From Microgenomates group bacterium (lineage in GTDB: Bacteria > Patescibacteriota > Microgenomatia > UBA12405), in NCBI GenBank assembly GCA_049303675.1, contig JBAQNJ010000001.1:664711-728710 (forward strand): a DNA stretch of 64,000 nt. Reading direction: 5' to 3'. This document shows positions 20,496-30,384 of the stretch, piece by piece (position 1 is the first letter of the stretch; each line of letters begins with the position of its first letter). The position numbers and the translations under genes were made by a program. Below the pieces are notes generated by a model that was not told where the DNA came from, ran no database searches, and saw only the letters and a list, made by a program, of their open reading frames with translations.

Positions 20496-21650
20496 ATGAA
20501 TCTAAAATCCGTTATCATCTTCGGACTTCTTTTGCGGCTTCTGATTGCCCCCTTTTTTTATCACCCCGACATAAAAAGTCAATATTTTCATTTTCAATTT
20601 CTTAGCCAAGGCGTATATAACATTTATGACTATCTCGAGAAAGACAGGCTTACTCTACCTTATCAAGATACATTCAACTATCAGCCTCTAACCTATTTGG
20701 TTTTTGGCACCATCAATATTTTTCTCTCACCGCTTTATCCGGCTGACTTTTATGTCTGGATCAATGACTGGGGTCCAGACCAAAACAATTATCCCAACCT
20801 ACCAATTTTCCTGTTAATTCTCAAACTACCATACCTATTATTAGATCTCGGCATTGGTTATCTACTCTACCGGAAACTCGGCCAAAAACCTCTACTCCTC
20901 TGGCTATTCAATCCCTTTTCCTTGTACTTTATTTATGTACTAGGTAATTTCGACATTATCCCCGTGTTTCTTACTGTACTTGCTTGGTATTTTTTCGATA
21001 CCCGCAAATCATTATCGTTTTTGTTTTTAGGTATCGCCACTTCGCTCAAACTCTACCCACTCCTCTTTTTACCATTTTTTATATTTTTCAAAACAAAAGA
21101 TATTTCCAAAAACTTGTTTTTCTTCCTGTTGCCAGTAGCTCTTTCTACCCTTCCGTTTCTTAGTTCCAATAGTTTCCTTCATTCTTTTGTTGGCTCAGGA
21201 CTAAGTCAAAAAGTATTCGAGCTAAAATTATATTCTCTTCCCCTGTTCCCCCTCATTTACGGGCTTATTTTTATAAAATATATTATCAGTTCCTCCAAAA
21301 ACATACCCCTTTCCCTGACTTATGTATTTTTACTTTTTATCAGTACAGTTAGTTTTCATGGTCAATGGCTTCTCTGGTTTATACCCTTTATCCTAATATC
21401 TACACATAAATCACTTCCCAAAATATTTTTCTTTGTTGCCACTCTCACCCTCTCTCTCCTATACCTACTGTTAACTGACGACAAATACCTCGTCTGGGGT
21501 CACTTTATACCCGTAGATACACAATTTATTTATCAGCCCTACCCTTACCAATATATTCTCCATCGTTTTCTCATCAACCCTGTTATATTTCAAAATTACC
21601 TTAAAATAATTATCGGTCTCCTGTCAACTTTATTTTTTCTAGTCAAATAA
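20496..21650 (+). CDS. Polytopic membrane protein, GT-C-like (unassigned family)
   Basis: ATG 20496 (the ORF-track start 20493 is TTG). TATAAT at 20480-20485. N-terminus resembles that of 17646..18941. Confidence 0.4.
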   Translation: MNLKSVIIFGLLLRLLIAPFFYHPDIKSQYFHFQFLSQGVYNIYDYLEKDRLTLPYQDTFNYQPLTYLVFGTINIFLSPLYPADFYVWINDWGPDQNNYPNLPIFLLILKLPYLLLDLGIGYLLYRKLGQKPLLLWLFNPFSLYFIYVLGNFDIIPVFLTVLAWYFFDTRKSLSFLFLGIATSLKLYPLLFLPFFIFFKTKDISKNLFFFLLPVALSTLPFLSSNSFLHSFVGSGLSQKVFELKLYSLPLFPLIYGLIFIKYIISSSKNIPLSLTYVFLLFISTVSFHGQWLLWFIPFILISTHKSLPKIFFFVATLTLSLLYLLLTDDKYLVWGHFIPVDTQFIYQPYPYQYILHRFLINPVIFQNYLKIIIGLLSTLFFLVK

Positions 21651-22258
21651 TGAAAAAATATTTCCCTTATTTAATACTCCAGATCCTAATTCTTATCAGC
21701 CTCTTCCTCGTCCTACCTGTCCTTATAATCCGCGACCGTCTCTTTGTCTCGATCGACACCGGCCAAAAATTATTGCCCCTAATTAGCCAGCACCCCTACA
21801 CTCGAACTATTTACAACTCTCCCTTAGGCACAAAATCAATTCAACTTCATCTCAAAAATCCTTCTCTCAAAAACAATAGCCGAATTTTTGTCGATATTCT
21901 CGATACCCAAAATATTCCCCTATCTCAGTTTGTCTTCTCTGGCTCCAATATCGGTGATCCTAGCTGGATAAATCTTGATTTTACCCCACTTAAAAATACT
22001 GATTTTCAGATAAATATTTATACCGACAACCAGAATGATCAATCTCTCTATATTTATACCGATAACTCATCAGTCCCTGATTTTAGATCATTTTACACTA
22101 CCCCCAGTTATCTTCGCCGGTTCACCACCAATTTCAATTACCAAATTCATCAAGCCACCCTCCGCCACCCTCTTCACTCAATATTGTATTGTCTGCTTAT
22201 TATTTACCTGAATATCACTTTATTCCAATCACTCTATGATCGGCAAACTAAAAAATAA
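21650..22258 (+). CDS. Hypothetical bitopic membrane protein with about 140-aa N/S/T/Y-rich exposed domain
   Basis: TAATG overlap start. N-terminal signal-anchor helix. C-terminal helix HSILYCLLIIYLNITLF. No recognisable catalytic motif. Confidence 0.35.
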   Translation: MKKYFPYLILQILILISLFLVLPVLIIRDRLFVSIDTGQKLLPLISQHPYTRTIYNSPLGTKSIQLHLKNPSLKNNSRIFVDILDTQNIPLSQFVFSGSNIGDPSWINLDFTPLKNTDFQINIYTDNQNDQSLYIYTDNSSVPDFRSFYTTPSYLRRFTTNFNYQIHQATLRHPLHSILYCLLIIYLNITLFQSLYDRQTKK

Positions 22259-23969
22259 CTATCTCATTATAATAATTTTGTTTTTCTCCTTTCTCAGCAA
22301 AACAATATTGTTAGGTAGTTTCCCTACCGGTATCAGCAACGACGAACTCCATTTTGTACTCAATGCCAAGTCGGTCTACTACCGCTTTAGCGACATAGCT
22401 CATAGTGGTTGGAACCCACTAACACTATCTACCATTCCCCGAGAGACCAGTTCAGAGCTGCCGTTTTTAATTCTTGCTCCCCTCATTGGTCCGCTACCTA
22501 CCAATCTTTTTACTGCCCGACTTCCTCTGGCAATCCTCGGCACGATTTTTACTTATCTTATTTACCTCATTACCCTAAGATTATTTAAATCCAAACCTAT
22601 CTCTCTACTATCTGCCCTAATTTCTGTTCTAAATCCATGGGCTTTTTATGTCTTTCGTACCTCATTTGATGCCCCGATTGCCCTAACCTTTTTTCTCTGG
22701 GGAATTTATCTAGTCCTTCGCTATTCAGACTCACACTCAGTCTATTCTCTTCTCCCTTTTACCATTGCCTTTTACACCTATATCGGCACCAAACTGATAT
22801 TTATTCCGATTATCTTTGCCACTGTCTATTTTAGTTATCACCGATTAAAACTATCCAAAAAATCCGCTCTCCTTATCTGTTTTGTTTCCCTGATCATTTT
22901 TTCCTTCTACCTTATTAAAACTTTTTCTAGTCACGAAGTCAGGTTGGGGGAACTGATAACCCCCCACAGTCCCATTATTGTCAATGAAGTTATCCAAAAC
23001 CGGACTGCCTCCGTTTCTTCACCCCTTACCCCCCTCATCAACAACCGCTATGTTATATTTCTAAAATTTATTATTACCAAATACCTTACCAACTTTTCAC
23101 CTGATTTGTTTTTCCTTACTGGCGATCACACTTTTATGGTGTCTCTTTGGCAGCATGGCTATTTTTACTATCTCGATGCCCTTCTCTTGTTTATCGGTAT
23201 TGTTTATCTCTTTTCCCGATACCCCTACGCTTTCTTTTATCTCGTTTTTCTCATTGCCCTATCTCCACTCCCTGAGGCTCTTCGCTCCGATAAAATTCCC
23301 GCATATGCATTTCACAGTTGCTTTCAATATCCTTTTATATACATCTTTATTGCCTCTGGCATTTACTACTTATGGACACTCAAAAATAAATATATTTTTC
23401 TATTTCTCCTTACTATCCAAACAATTCAAATTTTCAACCTAGTTGACATCTATTTCAACCGCTATCCAGTATATCAACCAGAAGCTTTTACTTTTTCTCG
23501 TCAGGTCCTCAGTCAATACCTCTGGCTATCCTCACCGCTTGTTCAAAATATCTATGTTATTACCTCCGATCCAGATTCAACTTTCCGCAATTATATTTTT
23601 TATCAAAATCTCTTAAACAAGTCATCGATTGACAATATCTCTAGTCAATATCGTCAGTTCCCCAATCGTAACTATTTTCGCTTAGGTAACATTGTCTTTA
23701 CCAACGATATCAACCATACTCCCCGCCAAGATGCACCAACCGATATTTACATTCTCCAAAAATCACTCAGCCAAAGAGCCCCCCATGAGCCATCAAAATT
23801 TATTAACTTATTAAACACCACCGACACTCTATATACCATCAGCAATGACAAACTCTGTCCGCAGGCCCCCACCACCAACGGCCTACCTCTGCAAACATGG
23901 CAATTCTCAATTTCTCGACTCTCTCCTCCTCAGTTTTGCCAGCTTTATATATCTCCAGACTCTCATTAA
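22236..23969 (+). CDS. ArnT/PMT_2-like GT-C membrane glycosyltransferase
   Basis: Loop GISNDELHFVLNAKS. ARLPLAILGTIFTY. LNPWAFYVFRTSFD. 577 aa. Confidence 0.5.
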   Translation: MIGKLKNNYLIIIILFFSFLSKTILLGSFPTGISNDELHFVLNAKSVYYRFSDIAHSGWNPLTLSTIPRETSSELPFLILAPLIGPLPTNLFTARLPLAILGTIFTYLIYLITLRLFKSKPISLLSALISVLNPWAFYVFRTSFDAPIALTFFLWGIYLVLRYSDSHSVYSLLPFTIAFYTYIGTKLIFIPIIFATVYFSYHRLKLSKKSALLICFVSLIIFSFYLIKTFSSHEVRLGELITPHSPIIVNEVIQNRTASVSSPLTPLINNRYVIFLKFIITKYLTNFSPDLFFLTGDHTFMVSLWQHGYFYYLDALLLFIGIVYLFSRYPYAFFYLVFLIALSPLPEALRSDKIPAYAFHSCFQYPFIYIFIASGIYYLWTLKNKYIFLFLLTIQTIQIFNLVDIYFNRYPVYQPEAFTFSRQVLSQYLWLSSPLVQNIYVITSDPDSTFRNYIFYQNLLNKSSIDNISSQYRQFPNRNYFRLGNIVFTNDINHTPRQDAPTDIYILQKSLSQRAPHEPSKFINLLNTTDTLYTISNDKLCPQAPTTNGLPLQTWQFSISRLSPPQFCQLYISPDSH

Positions 23970-23991
23970 TATAATTAGTATAAAATAGATT

Positions 23992-25644
23992 ATGTACCGT
24001 AATTGGCTCTTAGTCCTAGTTCTTCTTTTTTCCTTTACCATTCGTATTTATAAAATAACCTCCTTACCACCAGCCTTATTCTCAGATGAAGTCGACGCCG
24101 GCTACCAAGCACTAGTATTTAATAATTCCTCTACCGACTATTTTGGCAACCAGTTCCCCGTACATTTTCACTCTTTTTCTGATTGGCGCACCTCCCTCCA
24201 AATATATTCCATTGCTCTTGTCCAAAAAATAGTCGGCACTTCCGCCCTCAACCTCAGCATCCGTCTACCCTCGGCTATTTATGGCACCATCTCTGTATAT
24301 ATATTTTATCTATTATTATCCACCCAGTTTTCCGGCAACATCCCCTTACTGGGTAGTCTGCTTTTGGCCATTAGCCCATGGCATATTATTTATAGCCGCA
24401 CTGGGTTTGAGGTTTCAGGAATGTTTCTCTTTATCTTATTGGGAATATTATTTTGGCAAAAGTTTATCATTTCATCCCACCCAAAATATCTCTATCTGAC
24501 TGTATTTTCATTTTGTCTTACCCCCTATTTTTATAGTACCGCCAAGTTGTTTATCATCATCATCGCCATTTGCATCCTCATTATTTGGTTTCCCCAAATT
24601 ATTAAAATAAAAGCCATCCCCTTAATTATCTCCATTTTTCTCGGATTACTGCTTTTACTACCACTCATCTCCGATACTTTGGCCTCTCGAGCAGGGTTCA
24701 GATTTTCCTACATTAGTATATTTACCACTCCCCACCGCGAGCAAGTTACCGATTCTCTTCGTTACGAAGATGTCCTCCTCAACCATCCCCAACAAATTGG
24801 ACTAGCTACCCCACCTACTTCCTACCTCTTTCACAATAAGTATCAATTAGTCTGGCAAAAATTTGTAGAGAACTATTTTTCCGCATATAGTAGCCAATTT
24901 CTATTTATCAAAGGTGATCAAAACTTACGCCAAGGGTTAGGTGAGAGGGGACTACTCTATTATCTGGATTTTTTCCTAATTCCCCTCGGAATCATCAGTT
25001 TGTTTATTTCCAAAAACAAAAACCGATTATCAGTGTTTTTCCTTTTAATTTTACTCACCGCCCCCATTCCCTTTGCTCTCACCCGAGATTCGGACTCTCC
25101 CCACGCCACCCGACTTTTGCTCATGTTGCCTTCACTTATATATTTTTCTTTCCTAGGTCTAAAAACTATTCTCCAAAAATCTCGAATTTTCTTTATTATT
25201 TGTCTGTCAATATTGACTCTCAACTTCATCACTACCTCGCATTATTACCACTATCACTACCCCCAAATCTCTGCCCGTTCTTGGCATGCGGGTATGCAAT
25301 CAGCAGTTGAAGCCAGTCTTGCCCTACCACCTGCCAACATATATTTTAGTTCCAAGTACGAACCATTTTTGCCTTTCTTTTTGCTCTATTCACATTACTT
25401 ACCCAAAGATCCAAACATTCAGCACCACCTTACCTCGGTCAGCAATCAGTTTTTCGACGGACAGGTCCTCGACAACCAATATTATTTTGGGAATATTAAT
25501 TGGCACTCCGTTCCCCCTACCTCCAACAATCTCTTTGTTATCCCCAGCCAAGAGTTAACCAGTGCCACCGGCTACTCCATCAAAACAAAAATAGCCAAAG
25601 TTTATCAAAACAGCGAAGATTTTTATGTCTTATCCCAAAATTAA
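23992..25644 (+). CDS. ArnT/PMT_2-like GT-C membrane glycosyltransferase
   Basis: FSDEVDAGYQALVF, IRLPSAIYGTISV, ISPWHIIYSRTGFE. TAAAAT 5 nt upstream of the ATG. Confidence 0.55.
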   Translation: MYRNWLLVLVLLFSFTIRIYKITSLPPALFSDEVDAGYQALVFNNSSTDYFGNQFPVHFHSFSDWRTSLQIYSIALVQKIVGTSALNLSIRLPSAIYGTISVYIFYLLLSTQFSGNIPLLGSLLLAISPWHIIYSRTGFEVSGMFLFILLGILFWQKFIISSHPKYLYLTVFSFCLTPYFYSTAKLFIIIIAICILIIWFPQIIKIKAIPLIISIFLGLLLLLPLISDTLASRAGFRFSYISIFTTPHREQVTDSLRYEDVLLNHPQQIGLATPPTSYLFHNKYQLVWQKFVENYFSAYSSQFLFIKGDQNLRQGLGERGLLYYLDFFLIPLGIISLFISKNKNRLSVFFLLILLTAPIPFALTRDSDSPHATRLLLMLPSLIYFSFLGLKTILQKSRIFFIICLSILTLNFITTSHYYHYHYPQISARSWHAGMQSAVEASLALPPANIYFSSKYEPFLPFFLLYSHYLPKDPNIQHHLTSVSNQFFDGQVLDNQYYFGNINWHSVPPTSNNLFVIPSQELTSATGYSIKTKIAKVYQNSEDFYVLSQN

Positions 25645-27220
25645 TTCCTCCACCATTGTCAAAATATTTCTAGTTATAATATTTTTGGTCACAAACTACC
25701 GCTTGCTTCGGCCCGGCATCCTCTCGATGCAGGATGACTTGCATGTTTTTCGACTCCAACAATTTGATCAATGCCTAAATGACGGCCAATTTCCCTGTCG
25801 CTATATTCCCGATGCTGGTCTTGGTTACGGTTCGCCTGTTTTCAATTTTTACCCACCACTTGTTTATTACATTGCCGAAATTTTCCACCAGTTTGGCTTT
25901 AGTTTTGTGGAAAGTATCAAATTACTCTTTATAGTCCCTGGAATTATTCGGCTTATATCAATGTACTTATTAGCCTCGATATTTTTTGGAAATTGGGGGG
26001 GGCTCATTTCTGCCGCTATCTTTTCTCTTGCTCCCTATCAGGCCACCAACACTTTTGTTCGCGGAGCCATTGCTGAAAATCTCGCCATTAGTCTCGCCCC
26101 TTTACTCTTCTACTATCTTCATCAAAAAAATTACAAATTATTCACTTTAGTTTTGTTTTTTATTCTCCTCACTCACCATCTCACTCTAATCTACCTACTA
26201 CCAGCAATCTTAGTTTTTGTTTTAATCCAAAAACAGCTAAATTTCTCTCTGATATTCTCCGGAATATTATCTTTAGTTATGTCTAGTTCTTTTGTCCTGC
26301 CAGCGCTTATCGAAAAAAACCTGACCACCGTCAATACCATGACTCAGGGTTATTTTGATTTTCACAATCACTTTGCCAATCTATATCAAATATTTATATC
26401 GCGTTTTTGGGGATATGGTGCCTCCCAGTGGGGTCCAGTCGACGACATGTCCTTTCAACTAGGTTATCTCCAATGGCTGATTCCCCTTATCATACTGTTA
26501 TATCTATTCACTAAACGTCAGTTATTTTCCTCCAAACTATTTTTGTCTTTTTTCCTAATTGGACTATTTGCCTTGTTCCTAGCCCACCCCAAATCCAATT
26601 TTCTCTGGGAACATATTTTCATTTTGCCCTATTATCAATTCCCCTGGCGTTTTCTTGGACTTGCCACTATTACTTTTGGATTTATCAGCGGCTATCTTAT
26701 CACCCTTATTCCTCCAAAATATGCATCCTCTCTCGCCATCACTATAGTCATTTTGGCCCTATTTTTAAATATTCAATTTTTTAGAGAAGATCTTTGGTTT
26801 TCCCATCTCACCGATAATCAAAAATTATCCGGTGCCTCGCTAGTTCAGCAATCAGGCGCGGGATTACGGGATTATTGGCCCAGCTATGGCCATAATTTTC
26901 CCACCTCCTTCGCCACTCCACGACCCGAAATTACCAAAAAATCAAACCATGTCTCTGGCACTATCACTACTATCCAAACCACAACCCTCACCCTACCCCT
27001 AGTTTATTTCCCTAGCTGGCATCTGACTCTCAATGGTCAAGATTCTCCTTTCACTCTTGACCCTGAATTAGGACTAATCCAAATAAATTTACCCTCCGGC
27101 CAGTCTACTTTCGAGCTCAATTTTAGCAACACCCCAATCAGAACTATTGCCAACTGGCTTTCAATATTTGGCTTTACAATCTATATAATATATATTGTCC
27201 GTGACAAAATACATCGATAA
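25625..27220 (+). CDS. PTPS_related-type GT-C-like membrane protein (paralog of 5141..6835)
   Basis: QDDLHVFRLQQFDQCLNDGQFPCRYIPDAGLGYGSPVFNFYPPLVYY aligns residue-for-residue with the 5141 product. Confidence 0.5.
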   Translation: MSYPKINSSTIVKIFLVIIFLVTNYRLLRPGILSMQDDLHVFRLQQFDQCLNDGQFPCRYIPDAGLGYGSPVFNFYPPLVYYIAEIFHQFGFSFVESIKLLFIVPGIIRLISMYLLASIFFGNWGGLISAAIFSLAPYQATNTFVRGAIAENLAISLAPLLFYYLHQKNYKLFTLVLFFILLTHHLTLIYLLPAILVFVLIQKQLNFSLIFSGILSLVMSSSFVLPALIEKNLTTVNTMTQGYFDFHNHFANLYQIFISRFWGYGASQWGPVDDMSFQLGYLQWLIPLIILLYLFTKRQLFSSKLFLSFFLIGLFALFLAHPKSNFLWEHIFILPYYQFPWRFLGLATITFGFISGYLITLIPPKYASSLAITIVILALFLNIQFFREDLWFSHLTDNQKLSGASLVQQSGAGLRDYWPSYGHNFPTSFATPRPEITKKSNHVSGTITTIQTTTLTLPLVYFPSWHLTLNGQDSPFTLDPELGLIQINLPSGQSTFELNFSNTPIRTIANWLSIFGFTIYIIYIVRDKIHR

Positions 27221-28805
27221 AATCACCTTTTGGACAGTTCTGCTATTGGCCATATTTTTTCGGCTCTATCAGCTATCCTCTCTTCCCTCTGGTTTAAACT
27301 GGGACGAAATTTCTCATGGTTACAATTCCTATTCTATTTTGCACACCGGCAAGGATCAATGGGGGATTAGCTATCCCATTTTTAATTTTCGAGCCTATGG
27401 CGATTTTCCCACTGTCCTCAACATGTATCTCACTATTCCCTTTATTAAATTGTTTGGATTAAATTCACTCACCATCAGATTACCCAACGCTCTAGTTTCA
27501 ATTATATTTGTCGTCTACAGCTATCTATTTGCCAAAATCACCTTCAAAAAAAATAGTATGGCATTACTTTCAATGACCCTAGCCGCCTTTCTACCATGGA
27601 GTTTCTTTGTCTCTCGGGGTGTTTTTCAATCCACCTTCTCCATGACCCTTATTCTCATGGGATTATTTCATTTCTACAAATCATTTAAAAATCCGTATCA
27701 CTTTCTTCTTTCCTTACTTTTTTTTGGCTTATCACTTTATAGTTATCACAATGCGCGCATAATAATTCCGGTACTTTTACCATTTATCATAGTCTATTAT
27801 CGATTCCAACTTTTTCAATCAGTTTATAAAAACAAAAAAATTGTTTTCACTAGCATACTCATTATTTTATTTTTATTTATCCCCAATCTGGTCAATTTAT
27901 TTTCACCTACCTCCTTTGCTAGGAACCGCTGGGTAGGAATTATTAATCCCAACTCCATCAATTTACTCAATAATCGTCGTAATGAATTTGTCGGCCCAGC
28001 AATTATCAATCGACTCCTCAACAATCGCCCTCTTTATTTTATACAAACCCTAACTCTAAATTATTTGAATCTTTTCAACCCTATTCCCTTATTTTTCTCA
28101 GGTACCCAAAACCAGCAGTTATCAGTACCCGACATGGGAATAATTTTTCCCATACTTCTACCTTTTTTATATATTGGTTTATACCTTTCCTTAAAAAATA
28201 AAATATATCTACCGATACTATTCATCTTACTAATTTCCCTGCTCCCTGCCGCCCTTACTGTCGGGGACTATCCTGTTCTCCGAGCCAGTAGCGCCCTCAT
28301 CTTTTATATTTTATTTATAACTCTCGGCCTATCACAGCTCAAAAATATGCCCTCGATTATACCCATATTAACAATTTTTATATTTTTTATTTTGTATTGG
28401 TCAAAATATAAAAACTACAATTATCACTATTCTTCAACATGGCAATACGGCTATCAGTCAGTTGTCGACTATATCAAAAAAAATTATAACCAGTATGATC
28501 AGATAGTCATCACCAAAAAATACGGTGAACCCCACGAGTTTGTCTTGTTTTACTGGCCCTGGGACCCAGCCAAATACCAGAGTGATACCCATCTTTCCTC
28601 AAACTTTCATTCAGATTGGTACTGGGTAGACAGCTTTGATAAATTTATCTTCAAAAATGATTGGGAAATAAAAAATTCCCCATATAACAATAAAACCCTC
28701 CTGATTACCAGCCCAGGAAACTATCCTTTAGCAAATTCTCATTATCAAAAATCAATCAATTTCCTCAATCAAACTCCCGCATTTGATATCATCAGCTATG
28801 AATAA
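27195..28805 (+). CDS. ArnT/PMT_2-like GT-C membrane glycosyltransferase
   Basis: NWDEISHGYNSYSILHTGKDQWG, AYGDFPT, IRLPNALVSIIFV, LPWSFFVSRGVFQ. Confidence 0.55.
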   Translation: MSVTKYIDKITFWTVLLLAIFFRLYQLSSLPSGLNWDEISHGYNSYSILHTGKDQWGISYPIFNFRAYGDFPTVLNMYLTIPFIKLFGLNSLTIRLPNALVSIIFVVYSYLFAKITFKKNSMALLSMTLAAFLPWSFFVSRGVFQSTFSMTLILMGLFHFYKSFKNPYHFLLSLLFFGLSLYSYHNARIIIPVLLPFIIVYYRFQLFQSVYKNKKIVFTSILIILFLFIPNLVNLFSPTSFARNRWVGIINPNSINLLNNRRNEFVGPAIINRLLNNRPLYFIQTLTLNYLNLFNPIPLFFSGTQNQQLSVPDMGIIFPILLPFLYIGLYLSLKNKIYLPILFILLISLLPAALTVGDYPVLRASSALIFYILFITLGLSQLKNMPSIIPILTIFIFFILYWSKYKNYNYHYSSTWQYGYQSVVDYIKKNYNQYDQIVITKKYGEPHEFVLFYWPWDPAKYQSDTHLSSNFHSDWYWVDSFDKFIFKNDWEIKNSPYNNKTLLITSPGNYPLANSHYQKSINFLNQTPAFDIISYE

Positions 28806-30384
28806 GTGGTGGCTCATAATTATTACCCTCATCGCTCTTAGTCTTAGGCTTGCCTATATCAACTACCCTCCTCTTCTCTGGGACGAAGCCTCCATTGGCT
28901 ACAACGCCTACAGTCTCATCCATACCGCCCGCGATGAATACGGGCAATTGCTTCCTCTTATATTTAAATCTTTTGGCGATTACAAGCCCGGACTATACAT
29001 CTACCTTGCCACCCCTTTTATCGCTCTATTTGGACTAAATACTCTCGCCCTTAGGCTGCCCTCAATTATTCTGGGTTCTTTACTACCCCTACTTTTATAT
29101 TTGGTAGTCAAAAAACTATCCCCTCACCACAAATTATTACCTTTATTTTGTGCCATTCTTTTGGCGTTTAACCCATGGAACATCCACTTCTCCCGAGGCG
29201 CTTGGGAGACCAATGTCATGTTATTTGAACTCCTTTTAGGGACGTATTTGTTTATTTCTAAAAAGTTTACCTTTGCCTCGATCATCCTAGCTCTCTCGTT
29301 TTATACCTATCAGGGCGGCAAACTCTTTGCTCCACTACTTTTACTTATTCTAGTTTTTAGTTTCTATCAAACCCTAGACAAGAAAAAATATCTCCAGCTA
29401 ATTTTGCCTTTTGTCATCATCTCCCTACCACTTATCTATGGCCTAATTACCCAAAACGACTCCAACCGTCTCAATGTCTTTGCTCTTTGGAATTACCATC
29501 GACCGGCTGCCGATTCACAACAGATAACTATAGAATCCTCTAATCTAAACTACTCTGTCTTCCACCACGAGCTAATATTTTTCACCCGCAATTTTTTGAC
29601 TAGATATTTCAACTATTTTTCCTTCCGATTTCTCACCTTCGAAGGTGATTGGCAAATTACTCGCCACTCTGCCCCTTATATTGGAGTCCTCTTGTATCCC
29701 TCAATATTTTTTTTCTTTCTTGGCCTAGTTCGCACCCAGCTCCAAAAATATTCCAAACTAGATATAATTTTTAGCCTCTGGTTACTGACTGCCCCTTTGC
29801 TCGGGGCTCTTACCCGAGACATCATTCAACCTGTCCGTACCCTGCCTTTGTCCATTCCCCTTATTTACTTTACCGCTGTCGGTATTATATTTGCCCTAGA
29901 AAAGATTCCCCGCAAATTTATTTTTTATTTTAACTTTTTTCTTTTGACTTTATATTCTTTATCCCTTGTCACCTATCTTGAGCTCTATTATCAACATATG
30001 GTCAAGGTCAATCCTTCTCACTGGCTCTTTGGCTATCAGTCTGCTATCCAATATGTAATCGCCAACCAAACCGGCAAAACAGTCACTTTCACCGATTTTT
30101 ACGGACAACCGTATATTTATTATCTATATTATTCCCAATACCCACCTTTAAAATATCAATCCCAAGCAAAATTGATTAGCAGTGGTATTGATACTGGTAG
30201 GATAACCCAAATCGATAATCTAAAGTTTGAAGTTCCCAATTTTAATTCCCAAAAAAACCTGCCTCACCAATTACTCATCCTTTCCCACGATGACGCCCTT
30301 AGGCAGGGGATTGATATGAAAGTATTGACCCCACTTAGTCCTATCAATGGTTATTCCACTTTTTATGCCTACCAAACTAACTAA
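28783..30384 (+). CDS. ArnT/PMT_2-like GT-C membrane glycosyltransferase
   Basis: LWDEASIGYNAYSLIHTARDEYG, FKSFGDYKPG, LRLPSIILGS, FNPWNIHFSRGAWE. Closest paralog of 30347..31975. Confidence 0.55.
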   Translation: MISSAMNKWWLIIITLIALSLRLAYINYPPLLWDEASIGYNAYSLIHTARDEYGQLLPLIFKSFGDYKPGLYIYLATPFIALFGLNTLALRLPSIILGSLLPLLLYLVVKKLSPHHKLLPLFCAILLAFNPWNIHFSRGAWETNVMLFELLLGTYLFISKKFTFASIILALSFYTYQGGKLFAPLLLLILVFSFYQTLDKKKYLQLILPFVIISLPLIYGLITQNDSNRLNVFALWNYHRPAADSQQITIESSNLNYSVFHHELIFFTRNFLTRYFNYFSFRFLTFEGDWQITRHSAPYIGVLLYPSIFFFFLGLVRTQLQKYSKLDIIFSLWLLTAPLLGALTRDIIQPVRTLPLSIPLIYFTAVGIIFALEKIPRKFIFYFNFFLLTLYSLSLVTYLELYYQHMVKVNPSHWLFGYQSAIQYVIANQTGKTVTFTDFYGQPYIYYLYYSQYPPLKYQSQAKLISSGIDTGRITQIDNLKFEVPNFNSQKNLPHQLLILSHDDALRQGIDMKVLTPLSPINGYSTFYAYQTN

